Assembly: GCA_964016885.1 (NCBI GenBank)
Contig: OZ024749.1
Span: 27,342,001-27,406,000, forward strand
Source of the DNA: Eledone cirrhosa
Lineage: Eukaryota
DNA: 64,000 bases
Reading direction: 5' to 3'
Notes under the pieces: model-generated
What the model saw: only the letters and a program-made list of their open reading frames with translations
Told to the model about the DNA's origin: nothing
Database searches by the model: none
Translations under genes and position numbers: made by a program
Shown here: positions 40,829 through 52,245 of the stretch, one piece after another
Layout of the letters: every line of letters begins with the position of its first letter
Position numbering within the stretch: position 1 is the stretch's first letter

Positions 40829-40897
40829 TATTTTAGTATATATATTTCAAGGGCAACCAAGGTGTGCTTTTTTGGTGTGCTTTCATCAGATAAAATA
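40829..40897 (-). ncRNA. Hammerhead motif family A within partly inverted element 40710-40950
   Basis: TATTTTAT-CTGATGA-AAGCACACCAA...TTGGTTGCCCTT-GAAA-TATATA-TA-CTAAAATA. Confidence 0.7.
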
Positions 40898-40943
40898 CAA
40901 AATATGTTATGGTTTTATAAATATAGTTTCCATTTATTAATAT

Positions 40944-41022
<79 letters not shown>

Positions 41023-41073
41023 GGCTTCTACAGGACTAGAACTGTTTCATTGGAAGGAAATCATCAGGAAAGC
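41023..41073 (-). ncRNA. Hammerhead motif family B
   Basis: GCTTTC-CTGATGA-TTTCCTTCCAAT-GAAA-CAG ttctagtc CTG-TA-GAAGCC; helix II weak. Confidence 0.6.
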
Positions 41074-41435
41074 TAACCGTCATTGTGGTATGGTGGTATT
41101 TATACGTTTTCTAGTGATTGGGGAAGGTGGTGGTTAGGATGGGTGGAGGCTATTGGCCAAGGGATTTTAAAGAACAGAGATTCTTTTGAAAAATTATACT
41201 AATGTATTGCGTACCTTACTTACTGTGGTTACCTCCCGATTGGACCCGACATGCGCTCACACACACACACACATATTCATATATATATATATATATATAA
41301 ATGCAGAGGTTATATTTAATTTGTTGGGATTCAACAAGCTTAAAAATTTTATAACTGCTATAAAGCACTCAACAGTTTAGTGGAGTAAATATTCAATATA
41401 TTAATAAATGGAAACTATATTTATAAAACCATAAT

Positions 41436-41501
41436 TATTTTATTATATATATTTCAAGGGCAACCAAGGCAAATTATGGTGCGCTCTCATCAGATAAAAT
41501 A
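41436..41501 (-). ncRNA. Hammerhead motif family A within element 41300-41560
   Basis: TATTTTAT-CTGATGA-GAGCGCACCA...TGGTTGCCCTT-GAAA-TATATA-TA-ATAAAATA; perfect helix I. Confidence 0.8.
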
Positions 41502-41729
41502 CAGATTTGTTTTATAAATAAATATTGACATACCCGGAAAAAAGACAACCTTAACGGTTGAAGTTCATCATCATCATCATTTAACGTCTATCTTCCACGC
41601 TAGCATGGGTTAGACAGGAATTGTCCCACTTGAGACAAGATTGGTCGGGTGACTGTGTCTTGCTCGTATAGGACTATCTGGCAGGTTTTCTATGGCTGGA
41701 TGCCCTTCCTAACACCAACCACATTTACA

Positions 41730-41771
<42 letters not shown>

Positions 41772-41995
41772 TTACTATAAAAATGTATCACCAGCATACT
41801 ACCTTATAGATTGGACAGGGTGCTTTTTGTCATGTCACCAACGCAACCACTTTAGAGGGAAGGTTGGGTGTTATTTATCATGTCACCAACTATATATATA
41901 CATTAGGTCAAGAAGACTCTTGGTAGGTCAAAGACATGACAATCCCCTAAGTGCTGGTGCCATGACAAAACGAACAGAGTGCAGGAACATAAGCT

Positions 41996-42748
41996 GTGTA
42001 TGTATAATAATTGTTTCTACTTTTGGCACAAGGCCAGCAATTATCCCAGTGTATTACTGGTACTTTATTTTATCGACCCCGTAAGGATGAAAGGCAAAGT
42101 TAATCTCGGCAGGATTTGAACTTAGATTATAAAGGGAGGTAACTCTTTGCTTGCAAAGCATGGCGTCCGACCCTCTACTGATACTGCCAATTCACTACCC
42201 TTCTGTGTATGTATAATAATTGTTTCTACTTTTTGGCACAAAGCCAGCAAATACCCAGTACATTACTGGTACTTTATTTTATCGACCCCGTAAGAATGAA
42301 AGGCAAAGTTAATCTCGGCAGGATTTGAACTCAGACCATAAAGGGAGGTAACTCTTTACTTGCAAAGCATGGCGTCCGACTCTCTACTGATACTGCCAAT
42401 TCACTACCCTTCTGTGTATGTATAATAATTGTTTCCACTTTTTGGCACAAAGCCAGCAAATACCCAGTACATTACTGGTACTTTATTTTATCGACCCCGT
42501 AAGGATGAAAGGCAAAGTTAATCTCGGCAGGATTTGAACTCAGACCATAAAGGGAGGTAACTCTTTGCTTGCAAAGCATGGCGTCCGACCCTCTACTGAT
42601 ACTGCCAATTCACTACCCTTCTGTGTATGTATAATAATTGTTTCTACTTTTTGGCACAAAGCCAGCAAATACCCAGTACATTACTGGTACTTTATTTTAT
42701 CGACCCCGTAAGGATGAAAGGCAAAGTTAACCTCGGCAGGATTTGAAC
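41996..42748 (-). repeat. Tandem array of about 3.6 SINE family B copies (about 209-bp unit)
   Basis: Unit restarts at about 41996, 42204, 42413 and 42622. Confidence 0.9.
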
Positions 42749-43206
42749 AATAATGGAGAGACAAGAGTAATGAAACTTAAGACATTAAATCTATTCTGTT
42801 TGCTTCTCTATGATGATGAAGATGATGATACATACACGTTTGTGTTTGAGTGTATGTAAATAAACACACACAGTTTAACGTGCCAGTTTCTATATAACCC
42901 TATTTCTACTTAACCTCTAACACCTACTTCAAGTCATCTTATTACTCATACAGTCATCTGGTCACCAGGTTAGGGTTCCCTGGTCATCTGATCAGTTTTG
43001 GTTTTTCTCTACTTATATATATAGCTATGCCCAAAGCACACCCACACCATAAGACACCACGTACACTCGCGCATAATACGTCACTATAATACACCACACA
43101 CACACATATAAATTCACGCCATACACGCCATAACACACACACCATAACACACCACACACACTCATAGATACACATCACACACATCACACACACTCTTACA
43201 TACACA

Positions 43207-43268
<62 letters not shown>

Positions 43269-43589
43269 TAGACACCACTGCATATGAAGGGGTGAGGCAA
43301 TATCAAGGGGGTAGCAGTAATGAAAGGGGTGGTGTAGGGAGGGAAGTTGTAGCAATGGGATCATGTGGTCAGTAATAAGGGTAGGGGTGGTCAGTAATAA
43401 GGGTAGGGGTGGTGTGGGGTGGGAGGTGGGAGTCAGTAGCAAGTTTTTCTTTAAGCTCGCTTACGTTACATTGTTCATGCAAATTAACATGACACATTCA
43501 TAAGAGAATATGTGCTTCATTTCTTTCGGACAGAAAGTTTGTGACAGCCCAGTATAAATGTAACAGGACCAAGTTTGTGACAGCTCAAC

Positions 43590-44600
43590 ATAAATGGTTG
43601 TGACAGAAAGATGTGTTACACATGATATCATGCATATTACTGTTAGATTGTGACAGGTTAGTATGTGTTACAATCATGTGACAGATTAACATATATATTA
43701 GTTAGATTGTAACAAGTCAGTATGTGTTACAATCCTGTGACAGACCAACATCGATGTTACTGTGAAATTGTGACAGGTCAGTATGTGTTACAATCCTGTG
43801 AAAGACCAACATAGTGTTACTGTGAAATTGTGACACGCTAGTATGTGTTACAATCCTGTGATAGACCAACATAGTGTTACTGTGAAATTGTGACAGGCTA
43901 GTATGTGTTACAATACTGTGACAGACCAACATACATGTTACTGTGAAATTGTGACAGGCTAGTATGTGTTATAATCCTGTGAAAGACCAACATAGTGTTA
44001 CTGTGAAATTGTAACAGGTCAGTATGTGTTACAATCCTGTGATAGACCAACATAGTGTTACTGTGAAATTGTGATAGGCTAGTATGTGATACAATACTGT
44101 GATAGACCAACATAGTGTTACTGTGAAATTGTGACAGGCTAGTATGTGATACAATCCTGTGATAGACCAACATAGTGTTACTGTGAAATTGTGATAGGCT
44201 AGTATGTGATACAATCCTGTGATAGACCAACATAGTGTTACTGTGAAATTGTGACAGTCTAATATGTGATACAATCCTGTGATAGACCAACATAGTGTTA
44301 CTGTGAAATTGTGACAGGCTAGTATGTGATACATTACTGTGACAGACCAACATACATGCTACTGTTAGTTCGTGACAGGCCAGTATGTGTTACAATCTTG
44401 TGTTAGATCAATATACATGTTACTGTTAGATTGTGACAGGTCAGTATGTGTTACAATACTGTGACAGACCAACATACATGCTGTTAATTCGTGATAGGCC
44501 AGTATGTGTTGCAATCTTGTGTCAGACCAATATACATGTTACTGTTAGCCTGTGACAAACCAACATATATGTTATTGTTAGTTCGTGACAGTCTAACAAC
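43590..44600. repeat. 60-bp minisatellite
   Basis: Lines 44041-44281 repeat in exact 60-nt register. Confidence 0.96.
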
Positions 44601-44773
44601 TGTGACAACCCTGACAATCCACGATACTTGTATACCATATTTGAGATAGGCAGAACAAAGTTCTTTTTGGGGGGGTTGAGGGGAGACAATTCAGTAAGGC
44701 ATAAATACTTAGTATTCAGGTAACAGTTTTCTTCATCCGGAAGACTACGCATCGAATGCTCTCTATATCGAAT

Positions 44774-44887
<114 letters not shown>

Positions 44888-45496
44888 AAATAATATATAT
44901 ATATATTTTAATTATGTAATAAACTACAATAGTATACATAGAGCACTCTTGCTGCCTTTACTCTTTCTATGGAAATACTTCATATATATTAATTTAAAAA
45001 TTTAAAAAATGAAATTTGCATGTTTCATAATTATTTCTTTCATTCAATTAGTTTTTATTACTTTTTATTTGAAAATTTTATTCATATATTATTTACTTTT
45101 TTATTTACAAAATATTCCAAAAATATTGGATTAAAAAAATTTTTTTGATTTAAAAAAAAAAAATATGGGGAAATTCCTTTTCAAATATTCTTAGATTTTC
45201 AATAAAATTATAAAAGGTTTTGCTTTTTGAAAAGCTGTCATAATGGAGGATGACTATAATAGTTGAATAAATAAGTTGAATAAAGTACACTGCAGATGGA
45301 AAAATGTGGACAAAATTGTTTGTGGGCTTTGAACAAGGCTTCTTCTGTCATACACAGGGTACCCACAGGACACTTACAGGTCACCCACAGGGCATCCAAC
45401 CAAAAGATACCCACAGATAGTTCTGTCGATCATTTTCCATCTCCAGGTGTACTTCACCAAACTTTATCTACAACAGTGGATTGGCAGAGTTGTTAA

Positions 45497-45594
45497 CCTT
45501 TAACACGCTGTCGGTGACAATGGAGTAATATCCCCTTAATACATAATACAGTGTCAAGGGAAATAATTCATTAAAAAATTCAGCTCGCTGAAGG
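45497..45594. mobile_element. Small piggyBac-like MITE
   Basis: TTAA|CCTTTAACACGCTG ... CAGCTCGCTGAAGG|TTAA. Confidence 0.5.
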
Positions 45595-46183
45595 TTAAAG
45601 CATTAAATAAAATGTTGTTTAGCGTTTATTCTGGCTTTTTTATGTTTTGATTTCACATTCTGTCCATTTATCCTCCCAGGGGTCATAAAAATTATTTTCT
45701 TTGATTGAATAGTCTTTATATGAGTTAATTTACCAGCTCTTCCCCACCCATACATGCTAACTAACCCCACCCTACTACACTACTCTATAATGCCAGGTTC
45801 CACTCTTTCTCTTTTTTTCTGTGTTTGTCCCTTAATAAAATTCATTGAAAATTCATAGAATTTAATTAACATATTTCTAAAATGACAGGAAGGAGTGGCT
45901 AAAGGCTCTTTGTTGTAGATGTAAAACATAGTCATCTGGTATGCAACAGATACATGGTTCAATTCCTACATGAGGCTCTCCACTTTATTTTTCTATCCCC
46001 AGGGGTACATTACCCAATTCATTCAACTCTTATTTATAGTTCATCTGCATTGTGGCAGCTTTTCAAAGACCAAAAAGCAAAGATATTTTTTTTAAATTTC
46101 CTCAATGCTTAAAAAAAAATATATTTAAACCACTGAAATTCTGTTATTTCTTTTGCATGTTTGTTAACTTAATTGTCTTTCAG

Positions 46184-46296
46184 AATTAAGAGATAAATTT
46201 TGGTGGTTTCCTCACATGTGGCACCATGAACAGCCACATAAGTTTCAACTGCCAGCCTTGGAGCGTGGAATGTTACAGAATTATCGTTTTGCACAG
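46184..46296 (+). CDS. NDST: Single internal exon of an NDST-family bifunctional heparan sulfate N-deacetylase/N-sulfotransferase
   Basis: Acceptor ttgtctttcag, donor CAG|GTAGAG, 113 nt. Translates to LRDKFWWFPHMWHHEQPHKFQLPALERGMLQNYRFAQ, matching the NDST deacetylase-domain motif FWWFPHMWxHxQPH. Confidence 0.85.
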
Positions 46297-46389
46297 GTAG
46301 AGCATTTGTCTTAGAGAGAGGAATTCTTGTTTAAAACCATACCTGGATCTCCTCTCTTTCTCAGCAAATATTTGATAATAATAATAATA

Positions 46390-46429
<40 letters not shown>

Positions 46430-46690
46430 TTTCTTTATTAACCACAAGGGTTTACATAAAGTAGACATTAAGGACAGTGCAGGACAATGCAGGACGGTAC
46501 AAATGGGCATTTCTGCGTGTAAAAAAAACAAAAATAGAGGATGTAACAAAAATAACAATGAAAATAACAATGAAAAATTCCCCAATAGGGGGGAGACTTC
46601 GGAGGAACATTTGTGGAGAAAGCCCAGTAAAAAGCCACAATGACCCTGACCACCAAGGCAAGTGCCCTCTCCCAGTTTTCCACCTTTAGT

Positions 46691-49600
46691 TTACAGATAT
46701 ATACTCAGAGTCGGCCCATTCACTCGGGCCATTCTTGCTTCTCTCACCCATCTTTCAACAAAATGCTGGGAAGAGAGCACTTCCTTCTCTACTCTGATTT
46801 TCCTTTTCAAATGAAATTTGAAAAAGTCAATCAGAGCATCACCGAAGAGGTAAGTGCTCGTCTTCAGCCCTTTCAAACGTGTCCACCATACTATCTCTTT
46901 CGCCATGGCCACCAGACAGATAAAAACTGCCTGCCCTTCCCGGCTAAAGGAGGAGGGCGGGGCAATCCTCACGATAGACTCAGATGATAGCTGGATCCGT
47001 CCTAAACGCGACAGCAGGTGTTCGACATAAACCCACAAGTCAGCAATTTTCGGACACTGGACGAGTGCGTGCAGGACGGTTTCGTCGCCCTGCGCGCATC
47101 TCGGACATGCCCGGCTGACGGCACCTCCATGCCTGTAGAGTTTATCCCGAACTGGCAAGGCTCCTCGGTAGCACTGCCAGGCCAGAGATTTCTGGAAGTT
47201 GTCCATAGGCCCTGGCCCGAAGGTTCTTCCGAAGAGATTGGCTAGTTGATTTTCGTCGACGCCTAGAGTTTCCCCAAGTACGTCGTCGCTCTTCCCCTCC
47301 ACTAATCCTCTATAGAACGCCGAGGTGGAGTTTCCACCGATCACATTGCCCGATTGGTCGAGGGCTGTGAGCGCCTGAAGACATTCCAGTCTCCAGGCGC
47401 TCCCTCTCGGTCTTCGCTTGACCCAGGACTGCAGCTCCGTCAAGGAAACGAGCTGGGGAAAAACGCGTCTAGCAAACGGCGACCACACCTGATCACCGTC
47501 GAGGAAGAGGTGGAGATGTCGTAGCCTGAGCGCGTGCCTGCGCATCATCAGCCACGGCATGCCCAGCCCTCCACGTAGCGGGTGTTGACAACAGATGGAC
47601 CGCCTGACCATCGGAGCACGTCCCTTCCACAAAAAGCGAAAGAGCAAACGCTCCAGCGCAGTCAGGCGAGGCTTAGGACAAGGTACGACGGTTAGGCGGT
47701 AGCAGATGACAGACGCGATGTACGCGTTAGCCACCTCCGCTCGACCTTTCAGGGATAGCTTCCTCTCCGCCCATTTCTGGGTGAGAGAAGCCACCCTGCT
47801 CGTCACCTCGTCCCAGTTTTTGTCCGTCTGGAGGTCCGGACCGAACCAGACCCCTAGCAATTTAACCGGTCCGTCCGTCCAGCGCCCGACGACGCTGTTG
47901 GACGGCATGGACCTGCCTCTCCAGGTGCCGAGCTGCAGGCCCACTGACTTTTCCTGGTTGATCATTGCTCCTGTCACCGCTTCGTATTCTCTTAGTGTAG
48001 TGCCGATCGCCTCGATGTGTTTGGCGTTCGACACCACTACGGTGACATCGTCCGCATATGCTGACACGGATCTTCCGCATCCTAGTTCGCGCGGGACTCC
48101 CCTCAACGTCTCCAGTTTGTGCAGTAATGGCTCGAGAGTCAATACGTACAAGAGGGACGAGAGGGGACATCCTTGGCGGACCGAGCGCATGATGTTGAAC
48201 GGTTCCGACAGGTGACCGTTCACTCTCACCACAGAGCAGATGTCGCTGTGCATGGCAGCGATCCAGCCTCTGAAGACGGGCCCAAAGCCAGCCGCCCTCA
48301 GGACTGCCGCTAGGTAACGATGGTCGACCCTATCGAAAGCTTTCGACTGATCTAAATTGATCAAGGACCCACCCGTGCCAGGTTCCCTAGCTACCCTCTC
48401 TACGATGTATCGCATGAGGTGGAGGTTGTCGTGGATGGATCTGTCGGGAATGGCGCATGTCTGCGCCTCTCCCACCAGACCACCAACGACAAGCGCCAAC
48501 CTCTTTGCTAGCACCTTGGCCAAAATCTTAAACTCTGTGTTTAGCAGAGTTATGGGCCGGAAATTGTCTATGTTATCCCCCTTGTTCGGATCCTTTCTCA
48601 GCAGTGCCACCGCTCCTCGGCTCACAGAACTGGGAATTCTCCCGTTCTGTTGCCAGTTGCAGTAGACGTCCGCCAAGAGGCCTCCGAACAAGTCTGGCAT
48701 CTGTACGTAAAGTTCATAGGGCAGACCATCCAAACCAGGCGATTTACCCCTTGTGCAGCCAGTCATTGCCTCCCGTACTTCAGCGGCTGTTATCGGCTTT
48801 TCGCAACACTTCGCCTCAGTGGCCGAGAGCCGCGGCAGTCCGTCGAGGTAGACACTAAAGTCCATCCCTCTACCCGGCCCCCCGCTGCCCCCGAACAGCT
48901 GAGCGAAGTGTCGCTGAAAAGCTTCACACATTTGCCCGGGATCGAGTAGCATGCGCCCGTCGTGGTCCACCAAAGACCGGATCGTGGCTTTGTTGCCACG
49001 ACGCGCCTCCGCCACTCGGGCCCATTGAACGGCTTTCGTCCCCTCGTGTCTGAGAGCACGCACCCTAGCTCTGACAACGCAGCCTTCGTGCTTTGCATTG
49101 AAGAATTGGTCAAGGGCCAATTTCGCCGCAAGCACGTCGGTCGCAATGCCTTTGCTAAGCGCCTCGTCTAATTTTCTAACTAGTTCTCCCTCTGCTCTAT
49201 TTTTCTCTATTGCTAAAGCCTTACTAAACCTAATCGATTCTATTCTAATCGCTCTTTTCAGAGCAAACCACCACTTGTTGTTGACGATGGCCCCCGTCAA
49301 CGCCCGCTTAACTAGTTCGCTAATCCGGTCTCTGTAGGCCTTGCGCGCTGGTAAGGACGCGTTTAGCTTCCAGTAGCCGGGTCCTCGTCTATGAAGCCTA
49401 TCTAAGTCAAGCACACAGATCACGAATTTGTGGTCCGTGTAGCTGACTATCTTGAATTGTGGACAGCCTATGCTAGACCTATCTATTTCCCTACAAAATA
49501 CTCTATCTAGATATGATCTGGATGACCCTATGCGGTTTGTCCAAGTCCACATTGGCACATTCGGGAAATCCAATCGGTACCTGTCAGACAGTTCAAAACG

Positions 49601-50110
49601 CCTGAGCAGGTTGGTGAGGCTCTTGCACCCTCCACCCCTATCCGCTAATCCCACACAGTCCCAGCGTGCATCTAAGATCCCGTTCCAGTCGCCCACTAAC
49701 ACTAAAGAGCGCGACGTTCCAAGAAAGGTCTCCAGACGCCGGAAGAAATCAGGCCGCCCTGCTCCTGTCGGGGCATAGACGGCCACTAGCCTGAAAGCTT
49801 GCCCGTCTCCGCTGGTCACGTCCAGCACCACCAGCTTACCCTCTGGGTCCAGGAAGATGGCCCGTATGGCGAGATCCAAACCTCTCCGAAAAAGCACAGC
49901 AACTCCTCCACCCGATCCAGGACGGCTGGGAGATGCGTACACATCGTAGCCGCCGAAGATCGGTGCGAAGGCCCGTGCTTCGGAGATTCTGGTCTCGCTG
50001 ATGGCCACTACATCTATGTTTAGTGACCTGAGGTCGTTGAGCAGGTGACCCTGCTTCCATGACGACCCCAAGCCACGCGCATTTATGCTGCCTATTCTGA
50101 GTGAGGTCAT
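46691..50110 (-). CDS. LINE ORF2: APE endonuclease + reverse transcriptase + C-terminal zinc finger (1139 aa)
   Basis: EN motifs SINARGL, ISETR, VGDWNG, YLDRVF, YTDH; RT motifs KSPGLDG, FRPITLLN, DQSKAFDRV, VRQGCPLS, YADD; CPRC...HALVQC. Confidence 0.96.
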   Translation of the reverse strand: MTSLRIGSINARGLGSSWKQGHLLNDLRSLNIDVVAISETRISEARAFAPIFGGYDVYASPSRPGSGGGVAVLFRRGLDLAIRAIFLDPEGKLVVLDVTSGDGQAFRLVAVYAPTGAGRPDFFRRLETFLGTSRSLVLVGDWNGILDARWDCVGLADRGGGCKSLTNLLRRFELSDRYRLDFPNVPMWTWTNRIGSSRSYLDRVFCREIDRSSIGCPQFKIVSYTDHKFVICVLDLDRLHRRGPGYWKLNASLPARKAYRDRISELVKRALTGAIVNNKWWFALKRAIRIESIRFSKALAIEKNRAEGELVRKLDEALSKGIATDVLAAKLALDQFFNAKHEGCVVRARVRALRHEGTKAVQWARVAEARRGNKATIRSLVDHDGRMLLDPGQMCEAFQRHFAQLFGGSGGPGRGMDFSVYLDGLPRLSATEAKCCEKPITAAEVREAMTGCTRGKSPGLDGLPYELYVQMPDLFGGLLADVYCNWQQNGRIPSSVSRGAVALLRKDPNKGDNIDNFRPITLLNTEFKILAKVLAKRLALVVGGLVGEAQTCAIPDRSIHDNLHLMRYIVERVAREPGTGGSLINLDQSKAFDRVDHRYLAAVLRAAGFGPVFRGWIAAMHSDICSVVRVNGHLSEPFNIMRSVRQGCPLSSLLYVLTLEPLLHKLETLRGVPRELGCGRSVSAYADDVTVVVSNAKHIEAIGTTLREYEAVTGAMINQEKSVGLQLGTWRGRSMPSNSVVGRWTDGPVKLLGVWFGPDLQTDKNWDEVTSRVASLTQKWAERKLSLKGRAEVANAYIASVICYRLTVVPCPKPRLTALERLLFRFLWKGRAPMVRRSICCQHPLRGGLGMPWLMMRRHALRLRHLHLFLDGDQVWSPFARRVFPQLVSLTELQSWVKRRPRGSAWRLECLQALTALDQSGNVIGGNSTSAFYRGLVEGKSDDVLGETLGVDENQLANLFGRTFGPGPMDNFQKSLAWQCYRGALPVRDKLYRHGGAVSRACPRCAQGDETVLHALVQCPKIADLWVYVEHLLSRLGRIQLSSESIVRIAPPSSFSREGQAVFICLVAMAKEIVWWTRLKGLKTSTYLFGDALIDFFKFHLKRKIRVEKEVLSSQHFVERWVREARMARVNGPTLSIYL

Positions 50111-50145
50111 GTTTAAAATAGAGTGGAAAAGATGGGAAAGACCAC

Positions 50146-52245
50146 TTACCGTATTTTTGGTAGAGGAGGGATGGTTTTTACATCCCTTTTCACTTGATCG
50201 TCTGGTGAAGGGACCGTTGAATCGTCCCTTCGGCTGGTCGTCGGCTCTTCTAAGAGAATGTCTGAATATACTCTTCGATTAATGGTTCCTCCTAGGTCCC
50301 TGAAATCACCAACTGCGTTGGGGAATTTCGTTTTAATGTTTGTGTATTGTTTCTGTGCTATTTTTAGCAGTCTTATGTTAGTTGGCGTTTTGATTGGTGC
50401 TGGTATTATGTAGTCCTGTTGTGAAATGTCTGTGTGTTCAATTATGTAAGTCATTAGTTTCTTGTTGTGTGTGTTTATTGCCGTGCATTTGTTTTTCTGG
50501 GGGTGGGGTGTGGTTCTGCTATTTTCTTGTCGTTGTTGCTGGGTGTGTGTGTTTTGTTGTTGTGTTTGCGATGTTGGTGCTTGTGGTGGTGGTGTTGAAG
50601 GTGTTGTTGGCGGTGGGGTTGTCGCCGGTGGTGATGGTGGTGCTGGTGTGGGTGGTGATGGTGTTGGTGGTGTTGCTGCTGTGGGTCTCTTTGCAGTAGA
50701 CTTTACCCTTTTCTCATTTCTTTCCTCCCTTTTCAAAGGCGACGATGCGCTGCTTCTGCGTTTGTGCCTTCTTGAGACCTTTTGCCATCCCTCTCCCACC
50801 TCACACTCCATGTCTGATTCTGTAAGGTCGGGGAGGGGTACCAGCTCCACTCTTTCACTTGTTGTTGTTGGTGATGTTTGCACTGGAGTCTCTGTTGCAG
50901 CTGCATTTGGTATTGCTGTTGTTGTTGTTAATATTTCCACTGCTGCTGCTGTCTTTGATTTCCGTGGAGTGGGTATGGGTGCCACGGACCTATCGTTCCT
51001 GGTTGCCGCTTGTCCTGTTGCTGGTAGCCGTGGAACCGGATTCGGGAGGAGGGGGGTTTTCTCCTTTCTCAGGGTCTTCTCGTTGCAGAAGGCCCTGAGG
51101 TGAGTCTTCGATCCACAGCGAAAGCATTTCGGGCGTTTGCCCTCAACACTTATGGGCAGTTGAGTGCCGTTATCGAAGTCTATCACATCCGGGATAGCTT
51201 CGATGCACTCCTGGTTGGTTTGGATTAGCATCTCAATGGAGGAGCCGACCCAATCTTCTCTTACTTTTTTCTGTACTTGCAGTACAGTTGTTTTGTCCTC
51301 GATTCCGACGAGGACAGACGCGGCCAGCCAAGAAGGGGTCATTCCGGGGGGGACGTGGGTCAGTTTGACCCTCACAATTTTTTGCCCGCAGTAGGAGGGC
51401 ACCAACACCATTTCCTCGCTCCTTAGGGTCACTACTGATTGGGCCTTTGCCTCCTGGGGTGTGGCAAAAAGTACGTCTACGGTGGCGTATTTTTTGCCTC
51501 GGGTGATGTGCGTTTTCCTCTGCCACACAGACCCCAAGGCTTTTTGTATTTGGGCCTCTGTGGCTCTTTCCACCCTACGGGATTTTGTACTTACTGTACG
51601 GTACGTGACCGTACAGTGCTCTTGGGTTTCGAAAAAATTTTTCGCTGCCTTGCAGATTGCTCGGTGTCCGTTCTTTGTCACCATCTTCTTCGCTTCCTCT
51701 AATTCCTCATTTGTTATGAGGATTGTTTCCAGGTTTTTCGCAATACCTGCAAATGAGATTGGTTTTTCTCTGCTGTTGTTGTTGTCGTCAGAGCTGCTGG
51801 TACTTTTGTTGTTGCTGCAGGTACTACGACTACTGCCTCCGCCGCTGTTGCTGTGGTTGTTGTTGGTGTTGCTGCTGCTAATGCTGTTGTTGTTTATGCT
51901 GCTGGTGATGCTGTTGCGGCTGCTACTGTTGTTTTCATTGTCACTGTTGCTGTTGTTATTACGGCTGCTACTGCTATTATTCCTGACGTCAGACGAATGA
52001 ACTGGGTTTTCGTATTTCCCGCACACCTGTTTCGTCGCTGTCGTCGTCGTCGTGGAGAAACCTTGCACGCTTTGCACGAGACTTTTCTTTTCTTTCGTCG
52101 CTTGCGAAAGAGAAGGTAGGGAGAGAGACACATTTAAAGAAGGGAGGGAGAGAGACAATCTTCTCTCTCCTGTAGTGATGATTGAGGAAGAAGAAGACGG
52201 AATGAGTGGGAGTGACGTATGAAATTTTTTTTTTTTGGTAGCCAT
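50146..52245 (-). CDS. LINE ORF1 (gag-like nucleic-acid-binding protein, CCHC zinc knuckle)
   Basis: First ATG at 52245 (MATKKKKF); CFRCGSKTHLRAFC = CX2CX4HX4C; Ser/Asn-rich and Pro/Thr-rich low-complexity tracts; lies directly upstream of ORF2. Confidence 0.88.
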   Translation of the reverse strand: MATKKKKFHTSLPLIPSSSSSIITTGERRLSLSLPSLNVSLSLPSLSQATKEKKSLVQSVQGFSTTTTTATKQVCGKYENPVHSSDVRNNSSSSRNNNSNSDNENNSSSRNSITSSINNNSISSSNTNNNHSNSGGGSSRSTCSNNKSTSSSDDNNNSREKPISFAGIAKNLETILITNEELEEAKKMVTKNGHRAICKAAKNFFETQEHCTVTYRTVSTKSRRVERATEAQIQKALGSVWQRKTHITRGKKYATVDVLFATPQEAKAQSVVTLRSEEMVLVPSYCGQKIVRVKLTHVPPGMTPSWLAASVLVGIEDKTTVLQVQKKVREDWVGSSIEMLIQTNQECIEAIPDVIDFDNGTQLPISVEGKRPKCFRCGSKTHLRAFCNEKTLRKEKTPLLPNPVPRLPATGQAATRNDRSVAPIPTPRKSKTAAAVEILTTTTAIPNAAATETPVQTSPTTTSERVELVPLPDLTESDMECEVGEGWQKVSRRHKRRSSASSPLKREERNEKRVKSTAKRPTAATPPTPSPPTPAPPSPPATTPPPTTPSTPPPQAPTSQTQQQNTHTQQQRQENSRTTPHPQKNKCTAINTHNKKLMTYIIEHTDISQQDYIIPAPIKTPTNIRLLKIAQKQYTNIKTKFPNAVGDFRDLGGTINRRVYSDILLEEPTTSRRDDSTVPSPDDQVKRDVKTIPPLPKIR

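Noticed and set aside
43717-44353. Repetitive 151-aa and 101-aa ORFs
   Set aside because: Products of the 60-bp minisatellite, whose unit length is divisible by three.
45296-45496. 66-aa ORF and possible acceptor near the NDST exon
   Set aside because: No NDST-like or other recognisable peptide in the frames I checked.
46640-52133. Plus-strand and alternative-frame ORFs overlapping the LINE
   Set aside because: Shadow ORFs of GC-rich LINE coding sequence with no recognisable motifs.
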